From assembly GCA_030295235.1 (NCBI GenBank), contig AP026147.1, positions 434,001 to 498,000 of the forward strand: a DNA stretch of 64,000 nt. The letters run 5' to 3'. The notes beneath the pieces are model-generated. The model saw only the letters and a program-made list of their open reading frames with translations. It made no database searches and was not told the DNA's origin. The translations under genes were made by a program, and so were the position numbers. The stretch comes from Fistulifera solaris. Taxonomy: Eukaryota. Of this stretch, positions 24,856-37,594 are shown in pieces (position 1 is the first letter of the stretch; the number at the start of each line of letters is the position of its first letter).

Positions 24856-25977
24856 TTACACGCTTTCGATGATAAAGTCCTCATCGTCCTCGTCATCTTG
24901 CACGAATCGCTGCACGTAGGACTCGCGTAATTTTTTCAAAGACGTTTCCAAGATAACGCGCACCTCGCTCGGTTTTACTTGTATTTTCTTGGCAATCGCT
25001 TGTGCTGACTGAGGCGGGGTGTCGCCCAAGCCGTAGGCCGAACGAATTACAGTGATTTCCTGCTCATTCAACGCCGAGCGGAGAAACGATTGCAGGTCCG
25101 ACTCAATCAGCTCTTGCAATATGATATCATCTGGTGAAGGATCATCGCTGGGTATGACGTCTTGTAGTCGTCCAGCAATTTGTTCTTGTTGAATGTAACT
25201 ATCATCGTCACCTTCTGTGTTGATTGTTTCGTCTAGATAATCTTCCACCAGTTCATCTTTCTGTACTTTTTCTCCGTTGTCCAGTAATTTTCCACTTTGC
25301 AGTTCCCATACATCTTGATCGACTGTTTGAACTCGATCGTCTAACCACGGTTTCCTGACTTCCACCGTGCGTTCCATCGATAACAACGTCTTTCGATTCG
25401 CCAATTGCGCATATTGCTGCAATCGTTCCAGAGGCATATCCAATTCCCGCGCGACTCGGGACCAGCTGCGGTATTTCGTATGCAAAACCCGCGCTCGTTC
25501 GACGACTTCCGAAATAGCAGCCGGAACCTTCACCGGACGATCTTCGTTTCGGTACTCCGCGAGGCGCTCCTGAATGCGTTTCTTCGCGTAGGTCTCAAAA
25601 TCATGGTCGGGTTGAGAACGATAGTCACTCATGGCATCCAGTAAAGCCGTCAATCCTTCTTGAATCATGTCAACATCGTCGATATCCTGTACCATGTCTT
25701 CTACGAGTCGCAAACCCGCGCGTACGCTGTACTCCAATTTCGGCAAATTGCGTTCCTGTCGACGTTCTTGTTCCCAAGTCCAGATACGTTCGGCTAATTC
25801 TCGATTGACGTGTCCGAATTTGTCTTCGAGAATGTTAAATTCGGATCGTTCGGAAGCCACCATACGCCGTGACGACGATACTGATGTCGAATCGAAGGGT
25901 ATGAAACCGAACCCCGTTTGCAAGGAAAGTAGCAGCACTGTTGCGGATGCAATGTGTATTCTTGTGGATGCTCTCAT
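24856..25977 (-). CDS. Nucleus-encoded plastid sigma-70-family factor (divergent)
   Basis: Signal peptide followed by G-FIPF. Region 2 DMIQEGL.AL...FETYA, region 4 LNEQE..VI...YGL...IAKKI...VRVI...L.KLR. Confidence 0.8.
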   Translation of the reverse strand: MRASTRIHIASATVLLLSLQTGFGFIPFDSTSVSSSRRMVASERSEFNILEDKFGHVNRELAERIWTWEQERRQERNLPKLEYSVRAGLRLVEDMVQDIDDVDMIQEGLTALLDAMSDYRSQPDHDFETYAKKRIQERLAEYRNEDRPVKVPAAISEVVERARVLHTKYRSWSRVARELDMPLERLQQYAQLANRKTLLSMERTVEVRKPWLDDRVQTVDQDVWELQSGKLLDNGEKVQKDELVEDYLDETINTEGDDDSYIQQEQIAGRLQDVIPSDDPSPDDIILQELIESDLQSFLRSALNEQEITVIRSAYGLGDTPPQSAQAIAKKIQVKPSEVRVILETSLKKLRESYVQRFVQDDEDDEDFIIESV

Positions 25978-26666
25978 TTGTGTTTGTTGTGTAGTGTTGA
26001 ATTAAAATCTCTGTGCTTTGACAATGGTATTCTTATTGATGTTGTTCTTGACATGAATCTCGAATCTTTTTAGGCTTTTTTATTGCCGTCAATCGCCGTC
26101 ATCGTCGCGTCGTCACGCACGCGCAGGGTTTCTCATTGTGCGTGTCCGAACAATTCTGCTGCCACCCCTACTTGCCACCCCTACTTATGGAGGGAGAGTT
26201 GCATTACCGGTACGAATACTAATGATAGGACTCCCCTCTCGTTTCAACGTCTTGCCCTTCTCCACGTTAAAAGCTTGAGTGGCCTCGAATATAATAATAT
26301 TATGCTATTGGGAAACAAACTCAATATTTTTATGTTGTTCTCGTGAGAAGGTACAAGAGAAAATTGAATTGTTCGTGGGCTAAAAACAGCTTGATTCATG
26401 ACTGACATGCAGTCGTGAAAAAGTAATCTACACTTTGGGCCATAGTAATCACGAAGTCTAAGGCACAAGTCGCTACAAAACGAGCAGACGAGTCGTCAGA
26501 AGAAGGCTACCAGCATCTACATGAAGAAATTCATGTAAATGAACTAAGCAATTTTTTCACAGTACAATGCAAGCAATACAGTGCGACGATTCTAAACTCA
26601 GGATTAAAGACCAGTATCTGATGGGGTTGCAGGTATTATTCTTCTCCTTTGGTGAGTGATCATTAT

Positions 26667-27223
26667 TTAAGCACCTACTTTGACAAAACGGCGTCGGGCA
26701 GCTTCCTTCTTGGTGAGTTTCTGGGGTTCTTCCTCTTCCATCTTCTCTACAGACTCCTCCTTCTCCTTCAACATAATTTCAATGTGAGCCGGTTGGCTGG
26801 CGTATTTTCCAATACGACCGTGAGCACGGTATGTTCGTCGTCGACCAGCGGGGGCTCGGTTTACCTGGGCATGGTCAATGATCAAGTTTTCTGTGTCCAA
26901 TCCCTTGGTTTCGGCGTTGGCTACGGCGTTCTTCAATAGATCGCGGTAAACGGCCGTGGCCTTGACGGGCCAGCGACCCTTGCTACCGGGGGCTTTGACC
27001 TGCTTGGCCTGGGCTTTGCGGCCGATACCTCCAGTGAAACGAACAAAGGAATCACAGCCTTGAAGGCTAGAACATCATCCAAGTGCTTCAAAGCCTTGTT
27101 GACGGGCATTCCCTTGGTGTAGTGGGCAATTTCACGGCAGTGCTTGAAATGCACACGGAGGTGGGATCCTCGCGACTTCGAAACCTTTTCGGGGTTTTCT
27201 GGTTCAACACTATAACGGACCAT
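26667..27223 (-). CDS. RPL17: 60S ribosomal protein L17 (uL22)
   Basis: SRGSHLRVHFKH.RE, GRWPVK and RRTYRAHGRI. One indel near 27045. Confidence 0.97.
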
Positions 27224-27914
27224 TGTATTGTATTGTTATATATTCTTCTGGAATGTGAAAAAGGAAAAGTGAGATGAAGGCATTCGACAAAATCGATGAA
27301 CGAAGGGCACAAACGCCCATAAATCAACCGCTAATCAAGCTATTTTAATAAGAAATCTCCGTTCGTTCAAGAATTTCACCAGATATATAGAATCATCGAC
27401 ATAAACACTAGAAAGAAATATTCACAAAGAGGATGCCATCGCATCCAGAAAGCAAGCGACACTCCTCGATCTCGTTTCCAGGGCACCCTACCGAATGCTT
27501 GCTTCTCTTTCGACTACGTGTGACCAGCTTTATTTGTTCAAAATAATTTGTTGTAAAGACACGACACAGCATGCTCACCTTACTAGGATGGATGATCGAA
27601 GTAAACACTACAACAGCACGATGGCCAACTGCGTTGATGCGAGTGTTGCGAGAATTTTTAGTAAGGCGGTAAAGCAATGGTGACGCATGTCTCATCGGTA
27701 TAGTATGACTCGTGACTCATTGGCTGCCTTGTTTTCTGGAAGGACTGCGGATTCATGACTCACAAAGACACGATTGAATTTCCGCGAAAACCATGACGCC
27801 GCGTGGAAGCAGCTTTTCGTCGCATCTGCATCGATCTTCAACTCATTACCATTATTTTGGTGTTATCCTGCCCATTTATTATTCTTTCTTCAAAAGAAAA
27901 CGATCCTTTGTAAT

Positions 27915-28785
27915 ATGAAACTCGCATTTTCGTCTTTGTTGAGCCTTTTGGTGGTACGTTGTTGCGCTTGAACTTTTGCAAGATGATTATTGATGCGAAG
28001 GCTGATCTTCCGTGTCTTTCTTTCGTATCACAGCTGTTCGGTGTCGAAGCATCGATTGATGTTCAAGTAACAGTTCGGGGAAAGAAATACGACATATCGG
28101 GTGTTACCACCGTCAAAGATTTGCAAGAGCAGCTCAAAGAGTCGGGTGTAGAGCCTTCGCAACACACGATTTTGTTTGGAGGGAAACGTTTGGAAGACGA
28201 CGACGTATTAAGCGATGCCGGTGTTGAAGATGGAGCGCAATTATCCGTAATCCCACGCATCAGCAAACCGAAAGCAAAGAAAACAAAACAGCAGCAGCTC
28301 CAACAACGTCGGCGTCTCCTCAGATGAACGCGGATACTCAGAGCATGATGGAACAGTACATGAAGAATTCGGGGATTGATACATCAAAGTTAGATGAAAT
28401 GATGAAAAGTATGGGTGGCGGTGATGGTATGCCGGATATGCAAGAAAGTCTGAAACAGATGTCGTCAATGATGAATAGCCCCGTGTTTCAAGACTTCATG
28501 AATGATCCGGAAAACTTGGAAAAATCGCGTCAAATGATATTGAATAATCCCATGTTAAAAGGTATGATGTCGGGAATGCCAGGTATGGATGAATTACTGA
28601 ACGATCCGGTTGCATGGCGAGAAGCTATGATGGCAGCGGCTAATATGTACAAAAATATGGATCCCGAAGATCTGATGAAAGCCATGGGAGGAGGACAGCC
28701 GGGAGGACTTTTTGATGGTACCTTAGATCCTTCTTCTTTGGCCGCAGCCAAAGCGCTCGACGAATTGGATGAAGATGACGATTAA
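27915..28785 (+). CDS. Signal-peptide-bearing ubiquitin-like + STI1-like (ubiquilin-like) protein
   Basis: Signal MKLAFSSLLSLLV/LFGVEA (intron 27954-28033). UBL: TVKDLQ...ILFGGKRLEDD..LSDAGV. Met-rich STI1-like segments MNSP..QDFMNDPE and NNPML. Indel near 28290. Confidence 0.8.
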
Positions 28786-29088
28786 GTAACTTGATATCTA
28801 GAAGTAAACATTATTTATTTGAGTTACCTTGTAAATCGTCGCGCGATTTTTGTTAGTCTATGTACATGTATGTTCTTTTCGAATGTCGCGAAGTGACGTC
28901 ACAGATGAAAAATTTCGGCGTGCGCGAAATATTGCATGTTGCGTTTGAAGACACACCAAATAAGACCATTAAAAGGAATAATCCGGTCCCATCGATTGTT
29001 TCCTTCTTATCGGAAAGCTCCATCCCGAATTTGCTGTGGCGTTTAGCGCATCTGCTCTCTTTTTTTCTGGTCGATATTACAAAATATA

Positions 29089-29640
29089 ATGAAAGGCCAC
29101 ATTTTCTTGCTACAGGGATGTTTCATGTTATTCTTCGGAACTACGCATGCGCTCGAAATGAGTAGCAATCGCAGATCCTTCTTTCGAAGTGTCGCTGCCG
29201 GAGTGACTATGATACCGTCATTTGCCAATGCATCCGAACGCATCAGTGATAAAGAACTAAGAGAGATTGTCAAGGCCGATATTCTCGAACGTCAGTTTCT
29301 CGTGACAGGTCAAATCACACGATCGATATATCTCCCGACTGCGACGTTCACCGATGAGATTGATACATATAAGCTCGATCAATGGGTCAAAGGAACAGCA
29401 AAACTGTTTGTTGGAGAACAATCGAATGTCCGATTGATTGGTGATGTGGACGTCTCTGCCGATGAAGTCAAGTTCCGTTTTGACGAGGATTTGATGTTTC
29501 GTATCCCTTTTCGACCTATTGTGTCTTTAAGTGGAACCGTTGTGCTAGCTAGAGATGCAACAACAGGACTAATTAGCTCGTACAGGGAAATATGGGATCA
29601 AGACGTCGCGACAGTTCTGAAGTCGGCGAAATTCAAGTGA
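29089..29640 (+). CDS. DUF2358/NTF2-like protein, plastid (possibly lumen) targeted
   Basis: Signal peptide followed by RRSFF...ANA Tat-like motif. QFLVTGQITRSIY...FTD and GLI..Y.E.W motifs. Confidence 0.65.
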   Translation: MKGHIFLLQGCFMLFFGTTHALEMSSNRRSFFRSVAAGVTMIPSFANASERISDKELREIVKADILERQFLVTGQITRSIYLPTATFTDEIDTYKLDQWVKGTAKLFVGEQSNVRLIGDVDVSADEVKFRFDEDLMFRIPFRPIVSLSGTVVLARDATTGLISSYREIWDQDVATVLKSAKFK

Positions 29641-30463
29641 TGAATTATCTTTCATGTAATACGACACACTTGAAATCAAAAGAAATATTTCAATGAAAAG
29701 AAAACAAGTCGCATTTAGTAAGTTTTCATGGAGGATCACACATAAGCCTAAAGCCAAGCAAAAAAGTTTCGGCTGCAAGAATATTTTAGACACTGTTCAA
29801 GCGCCCAAAAACTTCATCAATATCCAGTTGCTCTTTCATATGATTCCTTGTTTTGAGCTTATCCATCTAGCTCTGGAAGACAATAGGAAGCATTAATTAC
29901 TTTTGTATTCCTAATCCCTAGCAAGCCGCGCCACGCACCCTCTACTAGAGTCAATTGTTAGACCGGTAGGGTTCCGGTTCATAGTTCCTACTCGGAGTCG
30001 CCGGTGTCTGAAGTACTGTGAAGACCTAGTGTCAAAACATGATCTGTTCTTAAATCTACGTTGGAGTGTACAATGTCCAGCTAGGACAGTCATAAGACGT
30101 TGTCGCTTCCGTTGATGAAAACCAGATGCTTTCCGCGATATATATCGTTCAGAGTAGTTATTGATGTCGCTTCTCGGTACATTTGTTAAATCAGCGATAG
30201 TATAAAACAGGCATCATTTGTTTTACTTAGGCTAAAAATATCAGTGTCTTTTTGTTTGCGATCGGCATTTACCCAACTTCTCACATTTTCAGCTCTACCA
30301 CCATACAACTTCGCAGTTGAAGCGTTGTAAATTGAAGGTATACTCCACATTTTCGCAACCTGTCGAACAACGTTTGGTTCGTAGGTTCACTCAGAATTTT
30401 GTTTGCTGCGGTATTGGCCAAGAACTGCAAAAAGTGTTTATTATTGTTGTTATCTGAAGCGCC

Positions 30464-31027
30464 ATGATTATTCGTTCCACCATTTTGTTATCGGTTCTCT
30501 TTGCTCTTGCAGCTGCTCAAGACCATGTGGGCATTGCCAGAGGGGCACAGCGAAATCTTCGAGTTATCAAAGCGAGGCGTGTTGCGCTTGTCGACTCGCA
30601 GGAAGAGAATATGCGTGACGAAGACTTCAAAGGCATCTGGAGATCGCTTCAAAGCGAAATGAGTATGCCTATCGGCGTTCCCTCGCCGACACCGGTAGCG
30701 CCCACTTCTCCGACGAGCCCTGTTGTTCCCAGAACTGAGGCCCCTATTGCTGCACCAGTGGAAACAGCACCGATAGCTACAACTACCACGCAAAGCCCCA
30801 CAGCTACGGGAAGCGAAGCACCAGCGTCTTCGCCAGTCGAAATAGCACCCAGCGCGCCAGTTGAAAGTCCCGTTTCTGTCGAAGAAGTTCCTTCCATTTC
30901 ACCAGTGGCGGATATTGCTTCTGATATTCCGTCGCTTGTCCCTGGTAACGAAAACGACGAACGTTCTGACATTCCCTCTGACTTACCTTCCGATATTGAA
31001 ACCGAACCTCCTGTGACAGAAGTTTGA
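30464..31027 (+). CDS. Secreted Pro/Ser/Thr-rich protein, short paralog of 31970-33611
   Basis: Signal peptide, RNLR and MRDEDFKGIWRSLQ.EMSMP, a PT-rich linker and SDIPSDLPSD. Confidence 0.75.
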   Translation: MIIRSTILLSVLFALAAAQDHVGIARGAQRNLRVIKARRVALVDSQEENMRDEDFKGIWRSLQSEMSMPIGVPSPTPVAPTSPTSPVVPRTEAPIAAPVETAPIATTTTQSPTATGSEAPASSPVEIAPSAPVESPVSVEEVPSISPVADIASDIPSLVPGNENDERSDIPSDLPSDIETEPPVTEV

Positions 31028-31969
31028 AAGCTCAGCATTGCATACAAGCTGAAATTCTTGACTGGGAAAATTTCTTATTGAAAATTATAGACCCCTAAAC
31101 AAATAATAGACAAGAATAGGGTAGACGAATGCTTCGCATCTTGAGTGATGTAGGTATGAAATATGAATGACCACACCACCTTTCAATCACTGCTTGGACT
31201 TCGATTTTTCCTGGAAGCATGGATCGGCTGTTCTATCACTCGTATATTGATATGACCATGCTGACGAAAGACGATAATTACGGAGCATGAGGGGTGATGG
31301 ATGATCCACGAGTTTAACAACAAGACAAAGACTGCGTCCAGAATAAGAGTAGTCTTTGAATTGCGGCATGAATTCTGTTTAATACTCACCATATCACAGT
31401 AGTAGGACGCAAGCTATGGCGGATAAAAATTGCTCCTGCTGCTCTAGTCTCCTCAGCTCGTTACAGTAGCACATCAGAGGCATGGGCAATACATCAGGGT
31501 TCGGGATTTGAGACTTTGGATCTTTTTCCTTTCATACTGTCGCAGATAGTACAATCTAAACGCATTGACAGCCGTTGGCAATGAGCAGGACCAGCTTTCT
31601 ATCCTAAGTAATTTTTAGAGCATTACTTCTCTGTATCAAGCCGTTCAACGCCACAGCTTGTTACAGCTACATTATATTGGATAATACATAGAAACCGTCT
31701 ACGATACTTAGGATGGGTTTTAAGTTGTGTTTTTGTAAGCGACGCTTTCATTTAGCTGGTCACATTCTTACGATTTTTGCATTCTCCATCCGAGCGGTTG
31801 CAAATTGTGAACGACTTTTAAAATCAAACTCATATCAAACGAGAAGCTTCATAAAGCACCTGTCAATCTCGTGTAGTTACATTTGACCGATTATAGCATC
31901 GTACTTGAGACTTAGGAGACATCGACTTCCAGGGGTTGCATTCCATTACGTTGCTCGTCTTCAGGAAGC

Positions 31970-33611
31970 ATGATTTTCCGTTTCCTTTTACAATCGGTCC
32001 TTTTTGCACTTGCCGTTGCTCAAGAAAATGCTAGGGCAACAGCACAAATTCAAAGAAATCTTCGCACAAGCAAAGTTAAGACTGCAATGGCAAATGAAAT
32101 CATCGAGGCGGATGCCATGCGCGACGAAGAGTTCAAGGGCATCTGGAGGTTACTGCAAAATGACATGAGTATGCCCAGCGACGTCCCTTCGTCTATGCCA
32201 ACACAAAATGCACCAGTCCCGATCGCGCCCACTTCGACTAGTGCGCCAACACAAAGTCCAATCGTGGTGAGAACTGAAGCCCCAATCATCGTAGCCCCCG
32301 TTGCCACTCCGACAGCCTCCCCCACAACGACCAATATTACGAATATTCCGACTCGTGTTCCTTCCCAAAATTCATCGTCTGCTCCAATTGGAGATATTTC
32401 CCCAGCCCCAACATCTTTGGAAACCGAAGCCCCTTTTACTCCAGATCCAGAAATTGGTTCGGATATCCCCTCTGACTTACCGTCTGATATCCCTTCTCTA
32501 ATGCCGTTTCCACAAGTGCCATCGCCCATGGATCCCACAGAACCATCGATGCCACCTACATTTCCTTGTGGCTCATCGCCTGATTTACGCGAGCTGCTAA
32601 TGAAGGTGCCTTTACTAGGAATATCTGACGAAGAAGCACTAGATACGGAAGGAACACCCCAAAATGAAGCGTTTCAATGGATCGTTGGAGGCGATCCAAG
32701 TTACTTGTGTCCCAACGATCCCATGTTATCTCAGCGCTACAGCTTGGCAGTATTTTACTACTCTACCAACGGAAATCGTTGGACCCAATGTGAGGCTCCA
32801 GTCGATGCCAGTGATGAAGCGCAGGTTGAAGAGGCGAACCAGCGATGCGACCTTGAGCCCCTTCCAGATAGTGGTTCCAACGCCTGGCTAACGCCGGGGA
32901 GTGAGTGTGATTGGGCTGGAGTGGTCTGCAACGATGATGGAATTATTGAACAGCTTGACATGGGTAAGTAGGCTTCTGTTTCGATGTCAGCAAGTGCCTG
33001 TACACTGTTTCACGTGTCGCTTATTTCATTGAATCTTTCACAGAGCAAAATGGGTTAGCTGGAACCTTGCCTTCTGAATTGCAACATCTTTCGGCTCTGA
33101 AAGTCCTCAGTCTTGAAAACGGTGTTATATCAGGTGTTATTCCTTCGGAGATAGGAGCACTAACAGCGCTTGAAGTTCTGGATCTTAACTTCAATCTGAT
33201 TGGTGGTTCTATTCCCAGTAGTATATACACTCTAAGCACACTGCGGCAACTTGATCTCAATGACAACGCCCTCACGGGTATCCTTTCTTCGGAAATCGGA
33301 AACATGGGTAACCTCACCTTCCTGCAAATTCATCAGAACCAGTTTGAAGGGACATTTCCATCCGCGTTGGGGCGGCTTTCATTGTTAGGTAAGTATCAGG
33401 CTGAGTTGAAGAGAATCACATCCTTCGGAGTACCTTAAATCTATTCTCATGTCATTGTTGTCTTGTAGAGGCCGCATCTTTTGAATCAAACACTTTTGAG
33501 GGATCGATTCCCGCTTCCGTTTGCAGCTTAGCATCGGATGGACCCTTGGCAAGCCTATCCAGTGACTGCTTGACAGAGGTCGAGTGTTCTTGTTGCACCC
33601 AGTGCTTCTAA
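31970..33611 (+). CDS. Secreted diatom-type leucine-rich repeat protein with mucin-like N-terminus
   Basis: Signal, PT-rich region, TPQ..A..W...QRY.LAV.YYST.G..W cap, ECDWAGV.C, plant-like LRRs and C-terminal DC...VECSCCTQCF*. Introns 32964-33043 and 33389-33468. Confidence 0.88.
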
Positions 33612-33825
33612 AGGGCCCTGATGTCATGACAAGTCGTGATGCGAGCAGTTTTCGTTGCTCGTGTGAGTAGTTCCATAATATAAAAGAGTATATAGAAACC
33701 GTTCATTATCTTCATGCTTTAGAAAACAAACGTATCTAACAAATTATTAATTCATCAGAATATACCACCGATCAAAAAGAATGTAACAGATAGTTTCGTA
33801 TGCATTAGTTAGATTCGAATTACGG

Positions 33826-35401
33826 CTATGTTTGCGTAATCAGTCCGGAACGGAAACATGCAACCCCATTCGACTTTAACTGGTTGTTTGTTACTACCGT
33901 CTTCTGTCGAGCCACACTTCCCAACGGCGGTAGCTCCAACTGATTTGAACCATTCGCTACGAGATCACTTGATTCCAAGGTCAAAATGGCATTTGAGGGA
34001 GATACCGCGGAGATTCCTGTGAGCGTATTATCGCTAATCTTGCAATTTTTAACATGGGCTGTTCCTTGTTCGAGATAAAAACCAGAGTGGCCTCTGGCAA
34101 CTCCTCCGATAATGTTTCAACTCCGTTGCGGTAAATGTCGCTGTCTTCCACAACCGCGTGACTTCCAGGCCCGCCTACATACAAGCCAGTTGCTGCACAA
34201 TCTTGGATAGCACATTGCTTCATAACAACAGTTCCGCCGTCGATATTGACGATTCCACGACCGGACTGCGATGTCACGGATACTTGCTCCAGCATCACCG
34301 AAGGTCGAGCATAGCGAGGGGTGAACTCATCTCCAGGCGGCTGAATTTGCACGGCAGCGTTTCCATTCCAGATATCGGTTCCTTCACAAAAATGGGTGAT
34401 ATCAAGACCCTTAAGTATCAGGTGACCTTGCTGGACGCGAAAGAGAGGTTCGTTGGATCTCCGCGTCCGGAAAACGAGTGTGGCACGCGACGAAGCAATC
34501 GCCGACCGTTGCACTAGATAGTCCCTGTCGTCTAGAAAGGTCTCTGTGCTTCCTATCACATCGGTAAGATCCATGCGTGTACATGAAAAGAATCGCCGTA
34601 ATCCCGATCTTCGAATCTCGGGCCGGGAAATAACTTCTTGATGATGTTGTGCAGAGGAACGGAAAACCGTATCAGGAAGAGATATTACTTCAACAGTAAT
34701 GCTGAAGTGCTTCTGCGATTGTATTTTCATGGATTCATGGATGCTGTAGACCCCAGGGCGGACAAGAATGCGAATAGGCCTTACTTGCTTTTGATTTTGT
34801 CGGCGCTTGCCGGGTTTCGCACACGCAACTTGAAGCGCCTTGGGAATCGTTGAGTAGTCTGTTGGGACGCAAGGTGATCGCTGATAAAACTCAAACCAGC
34901 TCGATGGTTCTTTGTCGCCGGGTTTCCACTGTGTCGAAGATCAAAGAAAAGTGAGACACCGGCTGTTGCCTTGAAATAATAGAAAGCTTTTAAAAATATT
35001 CTCACCTTATACAACTCTTCACATACAACGCGCCAGGTTTCGTCTTTTTGAATTGTTTCATGGAAGAAACGGTTTGTTTGATTTAATCGCGACATCATCT
35101 GTGGACCTGCGAACGCCAGCACCTTGGGGATTAGATCTGCCGGACAGGACGATTGCAACCATTCGAGAACGTTCGGGGGAGCCTCCGACGACTGAGGATT
35201 GGGAGGTCTCGACAGAGGAGGTACCCAGCGACGCAACTGATTCGAATGGCTGACGATCTTTCGTGAAGACGTGGAAAGCGGACTGTTCTCGATTTCAAAA
35301 GAAGATTCAGACTCGTCGGTGTATCGTCTCACGTGAGCCCATCGTTCTAGAGATTTCTGTCGCATCATGGCGGATGGGCGGCGCTGCGTGTCGCTAGCCA
35401 T
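33826..35401 (-). CDS. F-box-like + right-handed beta-helix (pectin-lyase-like) protein
   Basis: LQSSCPADLIPKVLAFAG...W..VC F-box-like segment and beta-helix repeats (CAIQDCAATGLYV, CKISDNTLTGI). Intron near 34930-35006 and indels. Confidence 0.7.
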
Positions 35402-36838
35402 GTTATGTTAATGAAGATAAGGAACGGATATGAGCCTGCGTTAAGTGGAGACTTCGCTTCGACTTCAATGTACTTCGCTTCTACTTTCTCGAGCCGCAAA
35501 TTTGCCAGATTTACGACGCTGGCACTCAAGGATATCGTTGCAACGTATCGTAAATGCAAGAAGTAGGGATCTTGAGTGCTCTTGGTTGTAAAAAGATGAT
35601 AAAAGCTATACAACTGCCGCTGGGCCGTTCTCGGAACATCGATGATGGCGGAATTTTGGAAGCAATTGTAAAGATCTGGAGGTGTGCGGGCAAGTATATT
35701 CGTTGAAAACGGCAGAGACGACGAGCGCTCTCTTTCAAATATTCCAAGAAGCGTGCGCGCTCGAACGTCACACGTCACGTTTCTACAGAATTAGCTACAT
35801 TAATGTAGCAGAGAAGGACGCTGGAATCCCGGAAGGTCTAAGTAAAAATTTGGCTATTGCGACTGGTGTACACCGCAAATGGTTCTACTATGGACTCCGA
35901 GAAGTACGACTTGACACTCCGCTGAACAGTGACAACGAGCTCTGACGAAAGTTGTACATTCACGGATGCACTAAGTCACGATCGATGTCAAGGTTTTGTG
36001 ACGTTTTTTTTCGAAAGAGCATTTTCTTCACATAGGCTGGGAACTCCGATCTCCATTGGCTCTTGCTTCTTGCAAAGCAAGCATTGCAGTTGAAATTACT
36101 AGTACGTATTGGTGATCCTTGGATGCTAGATTGCCTTCGTCACCTTTCGGCTATACACGGTGACTTGTCACACCTTGTTATGATGATCTTTTTAACTAAG
36201 GTTCTTGATGTGGCAAGGATTCGAAAAAGTAAGGCTGTTGCGGCATTAATACTTCGTTTTTAATCTTTCTTGGAGAAGAATCGTTTGCTTTGCGCAGAGA
36301 AGTTACGCATGGCACCTTAAGTTGTTTCGGAAAACTAGTTGCTTGCGTCGTCTAAGTTTTACAATGCATTTTGCATGGCTAGCAAACCTCTAGAAAGAAA
36401 AAAGGAAATCAACTTGCGTTTGACTCGAAAGAGAAACTCAAACGATTATTGGGTTGGTAATATTCGTCCTCGCTAACTGAAAAAGCGACGACCTGAAAGT
36501 CGCGTTCTAAAAAAACTCAATGTAGTTGTCATCCCTTAGGTCTCTATTAGATGTTTAATGAGTGATTATTATTCTCTTCTAAATTTTCTCAATAGCCTAG
36601 AAGATGCTGGGCATTAGCGCCAGTATAGCTCAAAAGAATCAATCGTTTTTAAAGAAATTCTCTGACCTAGCTTCAGGTTAACCTGAGCCTTAGTTTCGTA
36701 CCGTACTAGAGGTACAGAAAAGAAAAATGATGCGATGCATGGAATGATGCGATTGACAAGTAATTAACATCTCTGGAGATAACAAGCTAGTTGATCACAA
36801 AACGGTAAATTTCATAATTCGTGCAAATCAAGGCACAC

Positions 36839-37594
36839 ATGTCGAGTGGGTATGAGGGAGATCAACTAAATTCGAGGACCGCAACCGGAAAAAGTAACAT
36901 TGAATACTTGCTGGCCGCTGGTCTCGAAACATGGGCTCATCAGGTTCTTTATTCACGCCGTGTGTATCCAAAAGCGACCTTTGGTAACGTGAGATTTGCA
37001 GGAATTCAATGTCACGTGAATCGACATCCGGACGTTGTTCAATACATACAAGAAACCGTGAGCCTTGCTGCTCCAGCTATCATTCAGGGATCGGTCGATC
37101 AGGTTTCTCTCCTCATTACATGTTATGAGAACTGGAGTCAAGAAGGCCTGGATGAGACAGTAGAAGAATGCAAGAAGCTTGAAGAATGTCAGATTCGGTT
37201 TGGGAACTTTCAAAAGGATCGTATTGAGATTTCTGCGGATAACGGTGATGGAGAATTGAAACAGTGTTTTCGCGAATTGATTCTTCGTCTTGGGAGTCTT
37301 GAGAGCGTACCCTCGAATTTCCAGAATGCACGAGGTCTGAGTTTTCGACTCGAACTAGGAATGTCGACCCAATCACCTGATTCTATACCTTCCTCGCTGC
37401 TCACCGCCCTCTCCGAAGGGCGTTGCTTGGAGAGTTCCAACAATTGGGAAACCAAAGGCAAGGGGGTGGTCGTACGACCTCTTTGTCAAAGCAACATGTC
37501 CTTTGGCAAGATTAACTTATTTCATCGGCGAATACTACAGGCTCAAGTGACGCACGACCGACAAGCATTGTTGGGGAAGGACAATTCGTCCTAA
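36839..37594 (+). CDS. REV7: HORMA-domain protein, REV7/MAD2L2-like
   Basis: LETWAHQVLYSRRVYP..TF.......CH..RHPDVVQYI matches the REV7 N-terminus. Confidence 0.8.
   Translation: MSSGYEGDQLNSRTATGKSNIEYLLAAGLETWAHQVLYSRRVYPKATFGNVRFAGIQCHVNRHPDVVQYIQETVSLAAPAIIQGSVDQVSLLITCYENWSQEGLDETVEECKKLEECQIRFGNFQKDRIEISADNGDGELKQCFRELILRLGSLESVPSNFQNARGLSFRLELGMSTQSPDSIPSSLLTALSEGRCLESSNNWETKGKGVVVRPLCQSNMSFGKINLFHRRILQAQVTHDRQALLGKDNSS

Noticed and set aside
30167..30230. U2 snRNA-like TCGCTTCTCGG
   Set aside because: It lacks the GTAGTA branch-pairing sequence and the Sm site.
36619..36690. tRNA-like start GCCAGTATAGCTCA
   Set aside because: No D-loop GG, anticodon arm or TTCGA T-loop follows.
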